Source of the DNA: Eledone cirrhosa
Lineage: Eukaryota
DNA length: 64,000 nt
Direction of reading: 5' to 3'
Assembly (NCBI GenBank): GCA_964016885.1
Contig: OZ024746.1
Span: 82,212,001-82,276,000 of the forward strand
The notes under the pieces: model-generated
Told to the model about the DNA's origin: nothing
The model's input: the letters and a program-made list of their open reading frames with translations, nothing else
Databases searched by the model: none
In this document: positions 51,633 to 64,000 of the stretch, piece by piece
Layout: every line of letters begins with the position of its first letter
Numbering within the stretch: the stretch's first letter is position 1
Program-made: the position numbers and the translations under genes

Positions 51633-53409
51633 GTTACTATTATTATTACTTTTTATTTTCATTTATTTTTTTTTTTTCCAATTCAATGATGTTCCAGAAC
51701 AATATAAAAGAGATAATTGGCAATTTAGGTTCTGGAACAAAAAAGATAATTGGCAATAAGGGCAGGGGCCCCAGGTTATCACAGCCTGGACCCGCTCGTC
51801 ATCGTGCCATTGTAATAGAGCCAAACAAGGCATTTAGTCTTGGCTGCTGGAACGTACGGACGCTGCTTGACAGGGATTCCTTGGAGCGTCCTGAACGAAG
51901 GGCCGCTCTTGTTGCAAAGGAGCTTTGACGTTACGATCTTGACATCGTGGCTTTATCTGAGACGAGGTTAGCTGGAGATGGTCATCTTACAGAATTTTGT
52001 GGAGAATATACATTCTTCTGGAAAGGAAGAGATGAAGGAACCAGAAGAGAGGCTGGGGTAGGATTTGCTGTTAAGACTGTACTTGTGAATAAATTAGAAG
52101 AATTCCCAGTAGGGATTAGTGAGCGTCTTATGTCCATGAGAGTTCCGCTGGACAAGGGAAGATATGCTACCCTGGTGAGTGTGTATGCTCCAACTATGAA
52201 TTCTGTCGATGAAGAAAAAGTGTCCTTTTACCATGCCTTGAAAGGTGTTCTAAGAAATATCCCTCAGGCAGACAAAGTCATCGTGCTTGGTGACTTTAAT
52301 GCTAGCGTGGGTAGAGATTTTAACACATGGAATGTAATCGGAAGGCATGGGGTGGAAAAGTGTAACAACAATGGTATGCTCCTGCTGCAGATGTGTGAGG
52401 AGCTGGATCTGTGTGTTACCAACACCATGTTCCAACAAAAGAACAAATTCAAGATCACATGGATGCATCCTGCATCTAAGGAATGGCATCTTTTGGACTA
52501 CGTCTTAGTCAGGATGCGTGACAGACAGGATGTGCAGTGTGTTCGTGCTCTTCGTGGAGCTGAGTGCTGGACGGACCACCGCCTGGTACGCACAAAAGTG
52601 AAACTAATCACTAAACGTAAAATCCGGGCTCCTGGTGTTGCCCTGCCCAAAAGATTGAATGCTGCTCGTCTTAAGGATAAAAATGTGAAGAGGACATTGG
52701 AAGAAGAGATGCAGGCTGCAGATCTTGGTGAGGATTGGCCGACCCTTAAAAAGTCAGTTTATGATGTAGGCAGGCGTGTTCTGGGATTTGGTGCAGAGAA
52801 AACATCAGGACTGGTTTAATGAGAATGATGTACATATAGAAGACTTGTTGGCTGATAAGAGGCGTGCTCTGTCACGCTACTTGACGGCAAAACCACAGGA
52901 GAGGAATACGTTGCATGAGGAACTCAAGGATGTAAAATCACGTGTTAGGCGGAGTCTTTCTCAGATGAAGGATCAGTGGTGGAGTGAGAAGGCTGGTGAG
53001 ATACAAACTGCGTCAGATTCCAATAACACAAAGCTGTTGTACAGTCTCTTGCGTGAGGTTTATGGACCGTCTTCTTCTCTGGTGACACCGATTCGCAGCA
53101 AGGATGGCAAAGAACTTCTTCGTGACTCACAAGGAATTCTACGAAGGTGGCGAGAGCACTTTGATGATCTTTTGAATCAGCCGTCTGTCGTCAGTGAAGA
53201 TTTCCTCAATCTCATTCCAGAAAGTCCTGTGAAAGTAGCTCTCGCAGAACCTCCGATGCTTGTGGAGGTTGCAGTAGCTATTTCGAAGCTGAACAGTGGA
53301 AGATCTCCAGGTATGGATGGCATACATGCTGAGCTCCTACAATATGGTGGTGAGAGACTCCTGCAACATCTTCACTCTTTGTTTGGCAGGATATGGGCTA
53401 ATGAATCCG
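50858..53409 (+). mobile_element. RTE LINE copy B, 3'-truncated and disrupted
   Basis: Near-identical to 45654-47664. CGA>TGA stop at 51926-51928, +1 frameshift near 52788, ends abruptly at ..GCTAATGAATCCG. Confidence 0.93.
51204..51570 (-). mobile_element. 3' fragment of a third R4/Dong-like RLE family, nested in the RTE 5' UTR
   Basis: Reads CLIVDVACPFD..EKINRYQDL..IPIVIGALG..LLGTARTLRYVL. (ATT)n lies on both sides. It is absent from RTE copy A at the same position. Confidence 0.88.
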
Positions 53410-54298
53410 AAAATCGGAAAATCCTATTCAATGTTCAAACAAGATAAAAAATTGACCAATTTACACAAAAAGTTGTGCATGGATACTTGAGGCGTAAAAC
53501 ACAGACCATAGAGGGGATAAACCACTCAAAAAGCCTGGCATGGAGTTCCGACAAGTTTATGACATCACACCTTGAGGGATATCTCTATGCAATACAGGAA
53601 CAAGAACTCCCTACCAAATATCTGCTGCACAAAAGAGGAGGGCCAGCAGCTGACAATAAATGTAGGCTATGTAAAACAAAGATCGAGGATGTAAGCCACA
53701 TTGTTGCCAGCTGCGAAAGAATGTCATCTCGCTACTACCTCCCCATGAGACACGATGGGATAGCTAGAACCATCTGGAACGCACTTCGGAAAACAAAATT
53801 AACAACAAACGAGGAAGGATATATTGAGACAGATGGCACTAAGGAATACTGGTGGAACCTGAAAATAAAAACTGCCACCAAATTAAAGCACAACCGGCCT
53901 GATATTGTTGTTTGGGACCACACATTGAAAACGTGTTCTGTTGTGGAGATCAGCTGCCCACTTGTGTAAACGTTGTCAGAAAAATACAGGAGAAGGAGGA
54001 CATCTACGGACCATTGATGAGGAGTTTACAAATCCAGTATCCAAGATACACCTTTAGCTTCATACCCATCATTATTGGACCAACCCGCTTGGACCAAAGT
54101 ATGACTGAACTTGGATTTGCGGACAAAAAGTGCAGCTCCCTAATTCATAGTCTACAAATGGCTGCGATAGCTGGCACCTTCAAAATTTGCAAAACATTCT
54201 TGCGATTCAAGGGATGACAATTTCTTTTCTTTTACAACCTTGCCACCAGGAAGGTGGCCGGTCAAAAAAATATACTCGAAATTAAGAGAAAGAGATAA
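53410..54298 (+). mobile_element. 3' fragment of an R4-like RLE LINE related to family B, followed by (CATA)n
   Basis: LHGY, SHLEGYLYAIQEQELPTK, CRLC..HIVASC, RHD, HNRPDIVVWD..VEISCP, GTFKICKTF. (CATA)n at 54299-54413. Confidence 0.88.
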
Positions 54299-56206
54299 CA
54301 CATACATACATACATACATGCATACATGCATACATACATACATACATACATACATACATACATACATACATACATACATACATACATACATACATACATA
54401 CATACATACATACAAATATATGAAAACTACTTCACCTTTTCCCTGATAAAATGATAAGAAATTATAGCGAAGATACTGGGTTGTATGAACGTAACAAGGA
54501 GGCTTTGTTTGTGTGTATAATATTTAATTAACAATCATGGATATATATAGAACAGTATAGTTGACATGTCAAAGTAATAGATGATAGAATGGAGCAAAGT
54601 TAGTAGTTACCGTTTTGATTGTCAGGCAAACGCGAGACGCCTGGCGAAGGCCAGGCGCCGGAAGGGCAAATGAGAGGGAGAGAGCCGAAGGCTATTAGTT
54701 TTATAGGGCTCTGCCGGAAGTTACAGAAAGGGTTCTACTTCCCGTCTAGATGTTGTTAATCTATTGGGGTTGTGAGTCACAACAAGGGAGACAACCGCTA
54801 CAAAATAAACTCTTCTGCAAACACAAACTCACAAACACTCATTCATGTTCATATACGCTTGCATTCATACATACATACATACATACATACATACATACAT
54901 ACATACATACATACATACATACATACATACATACATACATACATACATACATACATACATACGCTAACAACAACTATCGTAAAAACCTCTAGATTGTTCT
55001 TCGTTTATGTGCTACATCTGATGTAATCTCAAACTTTATATTAAGGCAGCTTCTATCACATGGGTTGATATTTGATATTGTTTATCTATTTGTATACTTT
55101 TGTATTTCTCGGGTATTTTAAACCTGGCAGAGCTCACCCCGCTCAAGGTCAGAACACAACAGATTTCTTCCTAGAGAAAGAGAGAGAGGGGGGAAATGAG
55201 AAAGAAATATGGAGGAAGAATTGGCTCCCAGTACTGGACTAGTCCACTTTTTTTATCAACCTTGAAAGTATGAAAGGCAAAATAAGGTCATATTGCCATT
55301 GCTAAATTGGTCCCAGTCGTGTTTTACAAAGAAAATGAAACCTTATTAAGATTAATATATGTAGGCTTCTTCTATATTGTCAATTATTCTCAAGTAAATT
55401 ATTGCCAATTGTTGTGAAGTGCAGTAAAAAAAAAAAAGATCGACTAAGCACACATCTATAGTTCTCAAGACATATTGCTGCAGTTCTAGTGTCCTTGGCC
55501 CTAGGGTCACCTCCCTGCTCACCACCATTGGCTCAGAGTTGGCTACCCACAGGTGTGAGCCACGCGAGCTAGAATAGCTCTTCAAGCGCGTCTCCCCATC
55601 ATCCTCCGGGGAAACGTCCCTATTTGCTCACAATAGTGAGAGATTGAGAGAGCGAGAGAGAGACGGGGTCAATGACAGTGGGCGTTTGGTTCTTTTGTGT
55701 TCGGACCTGTTGTATATGTGTATATAAGAGAGATAACTATTGCTGCAACATCAGAATGTTCTGGTTGTTTGATATGGCCAGATACCACTTGAAGACGCGT
55801 ATTCATTGAACTAACTTAGGTCATAAGATATCTAATAAAGAATATTCTCATTGATGGAAGTGGCTTAAGTATGGTAAGCCATGATGGAATGGAAAGTATG
55901 TCTTTGTAGTATATATTCCTAGGAAGAATGGAAACAGAGGAAACAATATATATGGGGGAGAGGAGAGAGAACAGAGACAGAGGCTTGGAGGTTCGATGGA
56001 TAAACCCAAAATGTTTACACAAAACTTAAAATGATATCGTACAGCCCTGGGAGAAACTACACTCTGATGGGAATATGATCCTTAGTATGATGATTAGTAT
56101 GATCCTACTATTTCTATGACATACAAACTTATCAAAATCCACGAATATCACTGTATAATAAGCGGAGATAAAGACCAACGATATGAAAACATTTATTGCT
56201 TCAAAC

Positions 56207-56245
<39 letters not shown>

Positions 56246-57280
56246 CTGATATATTTATGTATTTATTTTGTTTATTTATTTTTAGAGTGTGAGAACTTCG
56301 AGGGGAATAATGAAAACGTGGATTATATTTTGACCTGGTTTACTTTCTTGCTCACTTCGCATTATTTAATGGACAACCCTTTTGCTCTATGTTTGCCAGA
56401 CTGGAACGATGCACCAAGAACGACTGATATTAACACGTTTCTTATTATTCCGATGTATATCATTGCGCATAAAAAATAACTGGAATGCCAAATGTAACAA
56501 TCATTGATTGATGTCGAATATATGAGAGTTTATTAGATGTTTACATCTAATAAAATTAATTAATTAATCTGTGTGTGGAAATTATTTTGTAGCTGCACAT
56601 AAACCTTGATAGAACAGTTACACTCTGATTATTAATATAACTTACAGGCATAGAGATACAGTTTAAACAGCGGGAGGATGGAGATGAGTATAAGAAAGAA
56701 GCTTGTTTGATTCTGTGTAAAAAGTTTAGGACACGTTGCTGTTTTTATTTGTCGTTTTTTTTTTTTTTAGTAACGACGTTCAATCAAAATCTTCATAATG
56801 TCAATTGCAAACAGGATCCCATGTCACTCTAACTATGAGATAGGAGACACAGAGAAAACAGATGTGTGTCAAAAAATGGTCATGAGCTTAACACAGAAAG
56901 AAATAAAACATACCCTTGAGGTAAAAAACAGTAGATATTTAGACACACAATCAAAGACTAAAATATGCAATTCAAAGGAAATATTTTGCCAGGTGAGTTT
57001 TCTTTATACTATTCGCATTATCTATTACTAAATCAGCTATAATAAAGATTTCTAATTTTGGCACAAGGCCAGTAATTTTGAGGGGTGAGGGTGGGAAGCA
57101 GAGCTTCTGGACAGAAATAGCCGTCGAAACGGCTTGAGCTCTGCCGTCGGGGTCATACTTTTTCCTATTTCCCACTCTACTACCCTAAGTATTGAGTACT
57201 CTGGTGCGTTATGGTCCATCTGGTTCCTTACCACAATTCCTTTGTTATATAAATATATATATATATATATATTGATGGTC

Positions 57281-57351
<71 letters not shown>

Positions 57352-57414
57352 CACTATTCTGCTAAGATAAGTAACCACCCAATCATATATGTATATGTAT
57401 GTATGTATATGTGC

Positions 57415-57497
<83 letters not shown>

Positions 57498-57504
<7 letters not shown>

Positions 57505-57567
57505 AATGGCTTCTACAGGACTAGGACTGTTTCATTCGGAAGAAATCATCAGGAAACCTTTCTATAT
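57498..57567 (-). ncRNA. Type I hammerhead motif with long stem I and foldable stem III
   Basis: atatagaaaggtttc-CTGATGA-t ttc ttcc gaa t-GAAA-cag tcctagtc ctg-TA-gaagcc a tttctatat. GUA cleavage triplet. A degenerate relative lies at 42182-42236. Confidence 0.7.
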
Positions 57568-59525
57568 TTATACTCTTCTAATGGTTGTCAGTAGAGCGAG
57601 GACAGCAGCCAGTAGTCAGATGCCGGTATTTGGAGCTAACCAACAACAGCAACAAATTAATACCACGAACCAATGAAAGAACCTTTCTGCGTGCAAGATA
57701 TTACTAATGGACACGACCAACGTTTGAAGATTTTGATTTTAAATATTTTCGTCACCTGAACGAATGCACAGAAGCAAGAAACGAATTAACTCGACTATAC
57801 CTAACTGAGTACTCCTCTGATTTGTACACTTTAGAGCCTGTAAGAGAGGGTGTCAGCCTGTACATCGGTCCTGAGCTCGGAAAGTTAAAGGGGAACCCGT
57901 AAATATCTGACGCCCCACACCACTACCACCCTCAGAAAAAAAACTCTCAGTCCCCTTAAATATCCTCTCCCTCAGCACTCACTCTTGCGGGAGGGCAAAG
58001 CATTCTTGCTCGGCCTTACAAAATTTCTCACGGGTGCCCTATGTATATCTTAAACGTCGAGAGAGAAGATAGGAGTGTTTTGGTTGAACAGTATTCAAAT
58101 CAATCGTAACAATCCTTGTCTTCATAATGCGACAAATTATCCTAAGTTTTATGATTTATGATCGGATAATGTAGCCTCCATTTTAAACACTGGGAGGTTT
58201 ATAAAGTTAAGTGTTAACTAAAATGAATTTAACTTGTTGCAACATGCAATTGAATTTGTGCCGCAAACTTGGCCCATCCCCACGATAGAGCGTATGTTAA
58301 AGATAAATTACAATACAAAAGTTTCTAAATATTTCCGTTGTCTGAAAAGCTCGAATCCTTCCGATAGATAATCTTTCCTTGTGGTTTACAACTGGTAAGA
58401 CTCGTGTTCTAAGTATGGAAGATAAAATAATTTTCAGTGTCAAACTTATGGTGTCGGTAAAATAATGATTAACTAAATTAATAAAAAATATTAAAAAATA
58501 TATTAAACAACAATAGTTCAAAAATATAGGTCGGCAACGCTTTTCTTTCTTTCTTTTTTATCGATTAGAGTTATCAGAATTCTTGATAAAAGAATGGCAG
58601 GCATGATTATTTTTATTATCATTTGTATTGTTATAATCAAATTGAAAAGTAAAGTGGTGGATAAAACGTTAACCAACTGAACTATCTACACTGCTCCCCG
58701 ACCACATTCACTTTATATAAAAACAGATTCACGTGTGACTGCTTCATTCATACAAGTTACGAAATATAAACAAAAGGTTATTTTTAGTTGAACATCAGCC
58801 ACTGAACTTCAAACCACTCGCAGCGAGCGTAAGTACCTATGCTTCTACTCGTTTATCCCCTAGTCATCCCTGATCAAGCAGTCCAACCATGGCCAAGTCA
58901 TCATTTTAGGGGTTATACAGGAGAACATTATCTTATGTTATAATCCTTATAAAGACAGTAAGATGTGATTTGATATAGATTTAGCTGCTATTTCTAGCAT
59001 GTTCGGCGAATACTTAAAGGCCCTTGTTGCTACAAGTTTTAACGAGAAGCCCCTTTTGATTGTTTCTTTGTATTGTAATTGTTGTTTTTCCCTAAGTCAG
59101 CCCTGGTAAAGTAGACAAGACGGCAGTATTATTATTTAACCCCAGATCGCACACATACACTACAATTACTCGCTCCTCAGATTATTATACGGCGAGAACA
59201 ATAACAAAAAGAGGAAAATGTTTAAAGAACGGTAGTACTATCTTTACAGACCCCAGTTTAGGAACCGCTGACATATATACAAAAGTAAACAGTTCTTATA
59301 TTTTACACGCCTTAAACTGAACAAGTAAATGATAGTAAACATTTTAAATTTTAGCGCGGAAAAGGATATTGCTGTTTTTCTTCCTCTTTCATTCTCTCTC
59401 CACTACTCGTCGTGCGAGCACGCTTTTTCCCGAAGAAGACACACGTACATAATTATACATAAGTAAATAACTGACTAGCGTATTAATACTTGTTAAATTA
59501 AACTGTTGATGATTTCATTGTAAAA

Positions 59526-59999
59526 ACGTGGCCCTACAACGCTATTAGCTGTCAGTCGTGAAAGCAGACGAAGGTGACGTCATTCATCATCGTTTATTTC
59601 CGTATAACTACCACGTGTAAGTGGAGTTTTCACATAGATGGCCCTTAAAAGGGCCAAATTAGAAAACAAATTTAAGTTAATTAGAAAACAAGTCATGGTT
59701 ATCAAATAAATTGGATTTAATCATTTATATTTTCATAGTCATGGTTATCAATGTAGAAAACAAGTCATTTTCACCAACAGTGGAATTACTTCTGACAACT
59801 AATACCATGAACTTAAATGAATTTTCACCAACAGTGGAGTTACTTCTGACAGCTAATACCATGAACTATATGAACTAAAAAAAAAAATTTCATTTAAGTA
59901 ACTCCACTTACGCGTGGTAGTAATACGGAAATAAACGATGTTTTGCTTTCATCGGCTGCTTTCGACTGACAGTTAATAGCGTTGTAGTGCCAAAAACGT
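59526..59999. mobile_element. MITE-like element with about 100-bp imperfect inverted ends
   Basis: ctacaacgctattagctgtcagtcg..gtaagtggagtt is mirrored at 59900-59990. An internal 49-bp direct repeat occurs at about 59767 and 59821. Confidence 0.7.
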
Positions 60000-60010
60000 T
60001 TATTAATTAT

Positions 60011-60516
60011 TTAGCCCTTTACGATCTGAGTTCAAATCCCGCCGAGGTTGACTTTGCCTTTCATCCTTACGGGGTCGATAAAATAAAGTACCAGTAATGC
60101 ACTGGGTAATTGCTGGCCTTGTGCCTAAAGTAGAAACAATTAATTATTTAGATTTGTCGAGGTTCCATTATATATTTGGCAAACGAATTAATATAGGTCC
60201 AAGTGTGGGGGAAACCTATTCCTGAGTCTAAGGAACTCACATGCCAAGTTTGAACATAATTGGCCCACTGGTTTTTTAAGTACATAGCAGACAAACTATT
60301 ATATATATATAACAGTAAGGCAGTGGATTTGGCAGTATCAATAAAGCATTGGACAACATGCTTCGCAGTATAGAGTTACGTTCTGAGTTCAAATGTCGCC
60401 GAGGTTAGCTTTGCGAGGTCGATCAAATAAAGCACCAATAGTGTACCTGGATCGATTTAATCGACTTTCCCTTAACCTTCAAATTGCTGGCCTTATGCCT
60501 AAAGTAGAAACAATTA
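60011..60516 (+). mobile_element. Two tRNA-derived SINE copies
   Basis: A 5'-truncated copy at 60011-60141 and an internally deleted copy at 60319-60516. Confidence 0.78.
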
Positions 60517-61039
60517 TATACATAGCAGTCTCGCTGATACAAATAAGTTGCTTCGTATACTTTTAACTTGGCAAAACGTTGTTTCACTTTTGTTTTTGTT
60601 TATCTTTTGTCTTTTTCGTAGTACACGTGCTCTTAAAATGAAATTATCTTTACATATACATAAGCGCAAACATGATTGGTTAATGAGTTATTTTTTGTAA
60701 CCATGAGGTTTCGGGTTCAATTCTCATCTTTGGCACTTAGAGCAAGTTTTTTTCTATACATAGACGGAAACTGCGGAAGCTATGTGTATGTGTAACTTCG
60801 CTGTTCGATGAAATATGCACCAGACTTTTTAAAATATGTCAAAGAAAGACCAATGCGTAAAATATATTTTGTTGGCAAGGATGAAAACTTCATTACAAAC
60901 GCAAACCCTACGTCCATTTTTTTTTTTTCATCTAGAAAAGTATGTAATTAGCATTACCCACCATTAGGGTTGATTGGGCACTATCACTTTACGATATATA
61001 ATTATATATCTATATATGATGCTAAGAGTATTGCAATCG

Positions 61040-61602
61040 CTTGTCAGATTCAGATGTGCGACGTTCAGATATGGCCTTTTAAGCCTGCTAGAGACTTGCA
61101 CTCCTTTGCACACTGACAACTATGGATCTCCCTGACCTCAGGTTTTGCACCAGGTTGCCTGCGAACCTTCACAATACTGTGGAGATCATAGTTTGCTGGT
61201 TCTCTTTGAACATGGCTGCGACTGTGGCTCCTGAGACCAGATTTGCTCAAGCAAATCTTTCCATACTCAGGAACACCAATTCAATAGAGACACCAATCGT
61301 TTCGAGAGATACACTAGGGTATTGCTTACACACATCCTGTTTGATCTTCTCGTGCTCTATGCGTCTGTCCTCAAAATTATGGACCCCATCATTCACCATT
61401 GCACGCCAAGTTTCTTTTTCAAGAACTTCTATCTTCCAGCCAGCCACCATCAAACCAGTTTTTTTCAATGAGTCCTTTACACAATCTTTGAATCGGAGCT
61501 TTGGTTTCTAAGGTGGTCTCTTACTTTTATGAAGCTTGCCATACAAAAGTTGTTTCGGAATTAGATCATCCCCCATTCTGCAGAGGTGTCTGGTCCGTGG
61601 CA
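61040..61602 (-). mobile_element. Decayed 3' fragment of a diverged RTE subfamily with C2H2 fingers
   Basis: Reads HLCRMGDDLIPKQLLYGKL..KPKLRFKDCVKDSL..SKSGLRSHSRSH..CAKECKSLAGLKGHI. Confidence 0.8.
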
Positions 61603-61642
<40 letters not shown>

Positions 61643-62441
61643 CATAGTGGAACCTCGGTTCATGAATGCCTCACATCATGAGCAAATTGGTTCACAATGG
61701 AATTTCGTTTACGTGTAGTCAGTCTGTTTCACGCGTTTCGCAGAGGATTGGCTCAAAGTCACCCATAGAGGTTATGGACCCAACTCCATTATCGATCTGC
61801 TCTTCAGACAGATGATTCATACACAATAAAATTAATTAACTATATGTAAATGAAACTCCATTGTTTTCCTTAATATATATACTCTGCCTGAGCATTGAGT
61901 GCTCATTTTGGTACGGTACCACCACCAGTATTTCACTGAATCACATGCTCTATATAAATATATATATATATATATATGAAAAAATTCAGGACCCCAACAG
62001 CTGAGCTCCAGCCGTTTCAACAGCTAGGTCAAAACAGCCAGAGCTCAGCTGTCACAGTCCTGAATCTTTTCATATTACCCACTCTACTACCCCAAGTATC
62101 GAGTGCTCTGGTGGGTTATGGTCTAGCTGGTTTTTACCATACCCTATCTGATATATATATATATATATAATTGGTGTGGGATGCTTAAAGCGTCCGTATG
62201 CGGTAGGCCGTTTGAGCACTCCATGCTTTTACAGAGCAAAGTATAATATCACATAAGAAATGGAGAATCAGTGGTGCGACGAATAAAATTTATTAGACAT
62301 ATTACAATTGTTTCTCTGGCGACCAGCTCGAGGCATGATCGAACCTGACTCTGAAATCGCAAGGTCCTCATATACGTCTCACCACTGATTCTCCGTTTCT
62401 TATGTGATATATATATATTTATATATACACAGTTTATACAC

Positions 62442-62692
62442 AGTTACAACCATTTCACAGATGGGTGGCTTAGAATCTATATTAATGCTATAGATCCGAC
62501 TCCAGCCCGATCTGTTCTTCAGACTTGTTATTCAGGCAAAACCAAATCTGATGAGCAGATCGGACTGCAGTCGGGTATAAAAGGATCTATTATCTATTGG
62601 TCGCAACTCCAGGTAGAAGGAACAGTGTGAAATAAAGTGTATATGGCATTAATATAGATCCTGAGCCACCCATCTGTGAAACAGTTGTAATT
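62442..62692. mobile_element. Palindromic element with hammerhead motifs on both strands (long stem II); right arm carries a SINE-derived insert
   Basis: Minus 62442-62525: agt-CTGAAGA-acagat..atctgt-GAAA-TGGTTG-TA-act. Plus 62545-62692: aat-CTGATGA-gcagat..atctgt-GAAA-CAGTTG-TA-att. The insert at about 62579-62640 matches 9885-9936. Confidence 0.7.
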
Positions 62693-62818
62693 ATATATAA
62701 TCAATAAAGATCTTAATGTGAAACCTCACTTTGTTTTCAATATATACATTCTGCTCTAGCATAGAGTGCTGATTTTCATACCTGCCTCAGTAAACCACAA
62801 ATCTACTGAACTATCTAA

Positions 62819-62927
62819 AATGACCACTGGGTGAAGAAATGCCAGGAAATTTCAATGGAAGGAAGCCACAGTAGAGGAAGACCAACAAAGACCTGGGCTG
62901 AGGTTGTGAGAGGTGACCTCAAATCGC

Positions 62928-62959
<32 letters not shown>

Positions 62960-63044
62960 AATGAAGTAATTCCGTCGGAAAAGTCCAGGAAAAAAGAGTG
63001 CTCTATGTAGGTAACAGAGCTTAATAGTTATGTAATAAACAACA

Positions 63045-63083
<39 letters not shown>

Positions 63084-63430
63084 TTCGCCTTTGGCACAAG
63101 GCCAGCAATTACTGCAATGCATTATTGGTGCTTTATTTTATCGAGCCCATAAGGGTGAAAGGCAAAATCCTACTGAGGTTAACTGTGTCTTTCATCCTTA
63201 CGAGGTCAATAAAATAAAGTACCAGTAATGCACTGCAGTAATTGCTGGCCTTGTGCCAAAAGTAGAAACAACTATATATATATATATATATATAGCGATT
63301 TAAGGTCAGCTCTCACAACCTCACCCGAGGTCTTTCTTGGTCTTCCTCTACTGTAGCTTCCTTCCACTGAGATCTCCTGGCATTTCTCCACCCAGCGGTC
63401 ATTGTCCATGCGCTTCACATGTCCATACTC
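62819..63430. mobile_element. Inverted pair of RTEX-type LINE 3' fragments enclosing an inverted SINE pair
   Basis: 62819-62928 mirrors 63295-63403 (minus frame GHVKRMDNDRWVEKCQEISVEGSYSRGRPRKT). Inner SINE halves at 63080-63163 (-) and 63166-63272 (+). Confidence 0.8.
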
Positions 63431-63924
63431 AATATATTTTTATCTTTAGTAATTTTCGCATGTCAGTAATCAACATAAACTATAGATGGATAGCCTCCAG
63501 CCAGGTTGATGAAGGTGTCCCATAGCCCTGGTTGACTTCAGCTTCTATTTGCACAAGAATTATATTCAAAATGTTCAGTCCTAAAGGTGGCCATGAATTA
63601 GGTGTCAGAGTGGGTGAGAAAGACCCCAAGCTTTCTTGGAAACTAAGGTATAAATATTCATAGACTTGGTTCTTATAAACAGTTTATCACTAGCATGTTA
63701 CACATCTCCTCCTCAATCTGCACTTTATCTGTTGCTTTATGTCTCTTTTCAAAATGTCACTCACTCTTTCATAGAGTATTTGAGGGAATGTAAACTTCAT
63801 ACAATTCCACAGGGAGAGGGTTTCTACTTTCATGTCTTACTTATCTCTTGAGGGCTCTTTTTTTTCTACTTGTCTCTAACAGTTTGCCATTCCTCTCTGT
63901 TGTTGTAAGACAATGGGATGAGAT

Positions 63925-64000
63925 TGGATTGGCAGTATTGGCTGAGCATCAGACAAAATGCTTTGTAGTGTTTAGTTATGACTCATTACATTCTGAGTTC
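63925..64000 (+). mobile_element. 5' part of a SINE running off the window edge
   Basis: GGATTGGCAGTATTGG..ATGCTTTG..TTCTGAGTTC. Confidence 0.65.

Noticed and set aside
54482-55750. Two possible solo LTRs (54482-54784 and 55476-55750)
   Set aside because: TG..CA ends and GC-richer interiors are present, but there is no TSD, PBS, PPT or second copy.

Overview
AT-rich, microsatellite-dense animal genomic DNA with no supportable host gene. The dominant tRNA-derived SINE looks like the octopod-cephalopod type, so an octopus-like host is inferred, not proven. The window is a nested stack of transposons. It holds one near-full-length Tx1/L1-clade LINE (17279-23191), one near-full-length and one 5'-truncated R4/Dong-like RLE LINE, fragments of two further R4-like RLE families and a CRE-like family, one near-full-length RTE LINE with a triple C2H2 tail plus several fragments, two non-autonomous Helitrons, hAT/mariner/piggyBac MITEs, a decayed hAT transposase and about 20 SINE copies. 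Most long ORFs in the track over (TA)n, (TG)n, (CAT)n and (ATT)n are microsatellite artefacts. The main unexplained signal is a set of short non-coding, often palindromic elements next to (TA)n tracts. They carry type I minimal hammerhead ribozyme motifs (stem I-CUGANGA-stem II-GAAA-palindromic stem III-UA-stem I'), often one on each strand. I read about 11 recognisable motifs from about 7 sequence-unrelated families. Secondary signals are (ATT)n and (CATA)n microsatellites acting as landing pads for LINEs, and a pseudoknot with HDV-like topology at the 5' end of the R4/Dong element. All structures were folded by eye and none has been tested.
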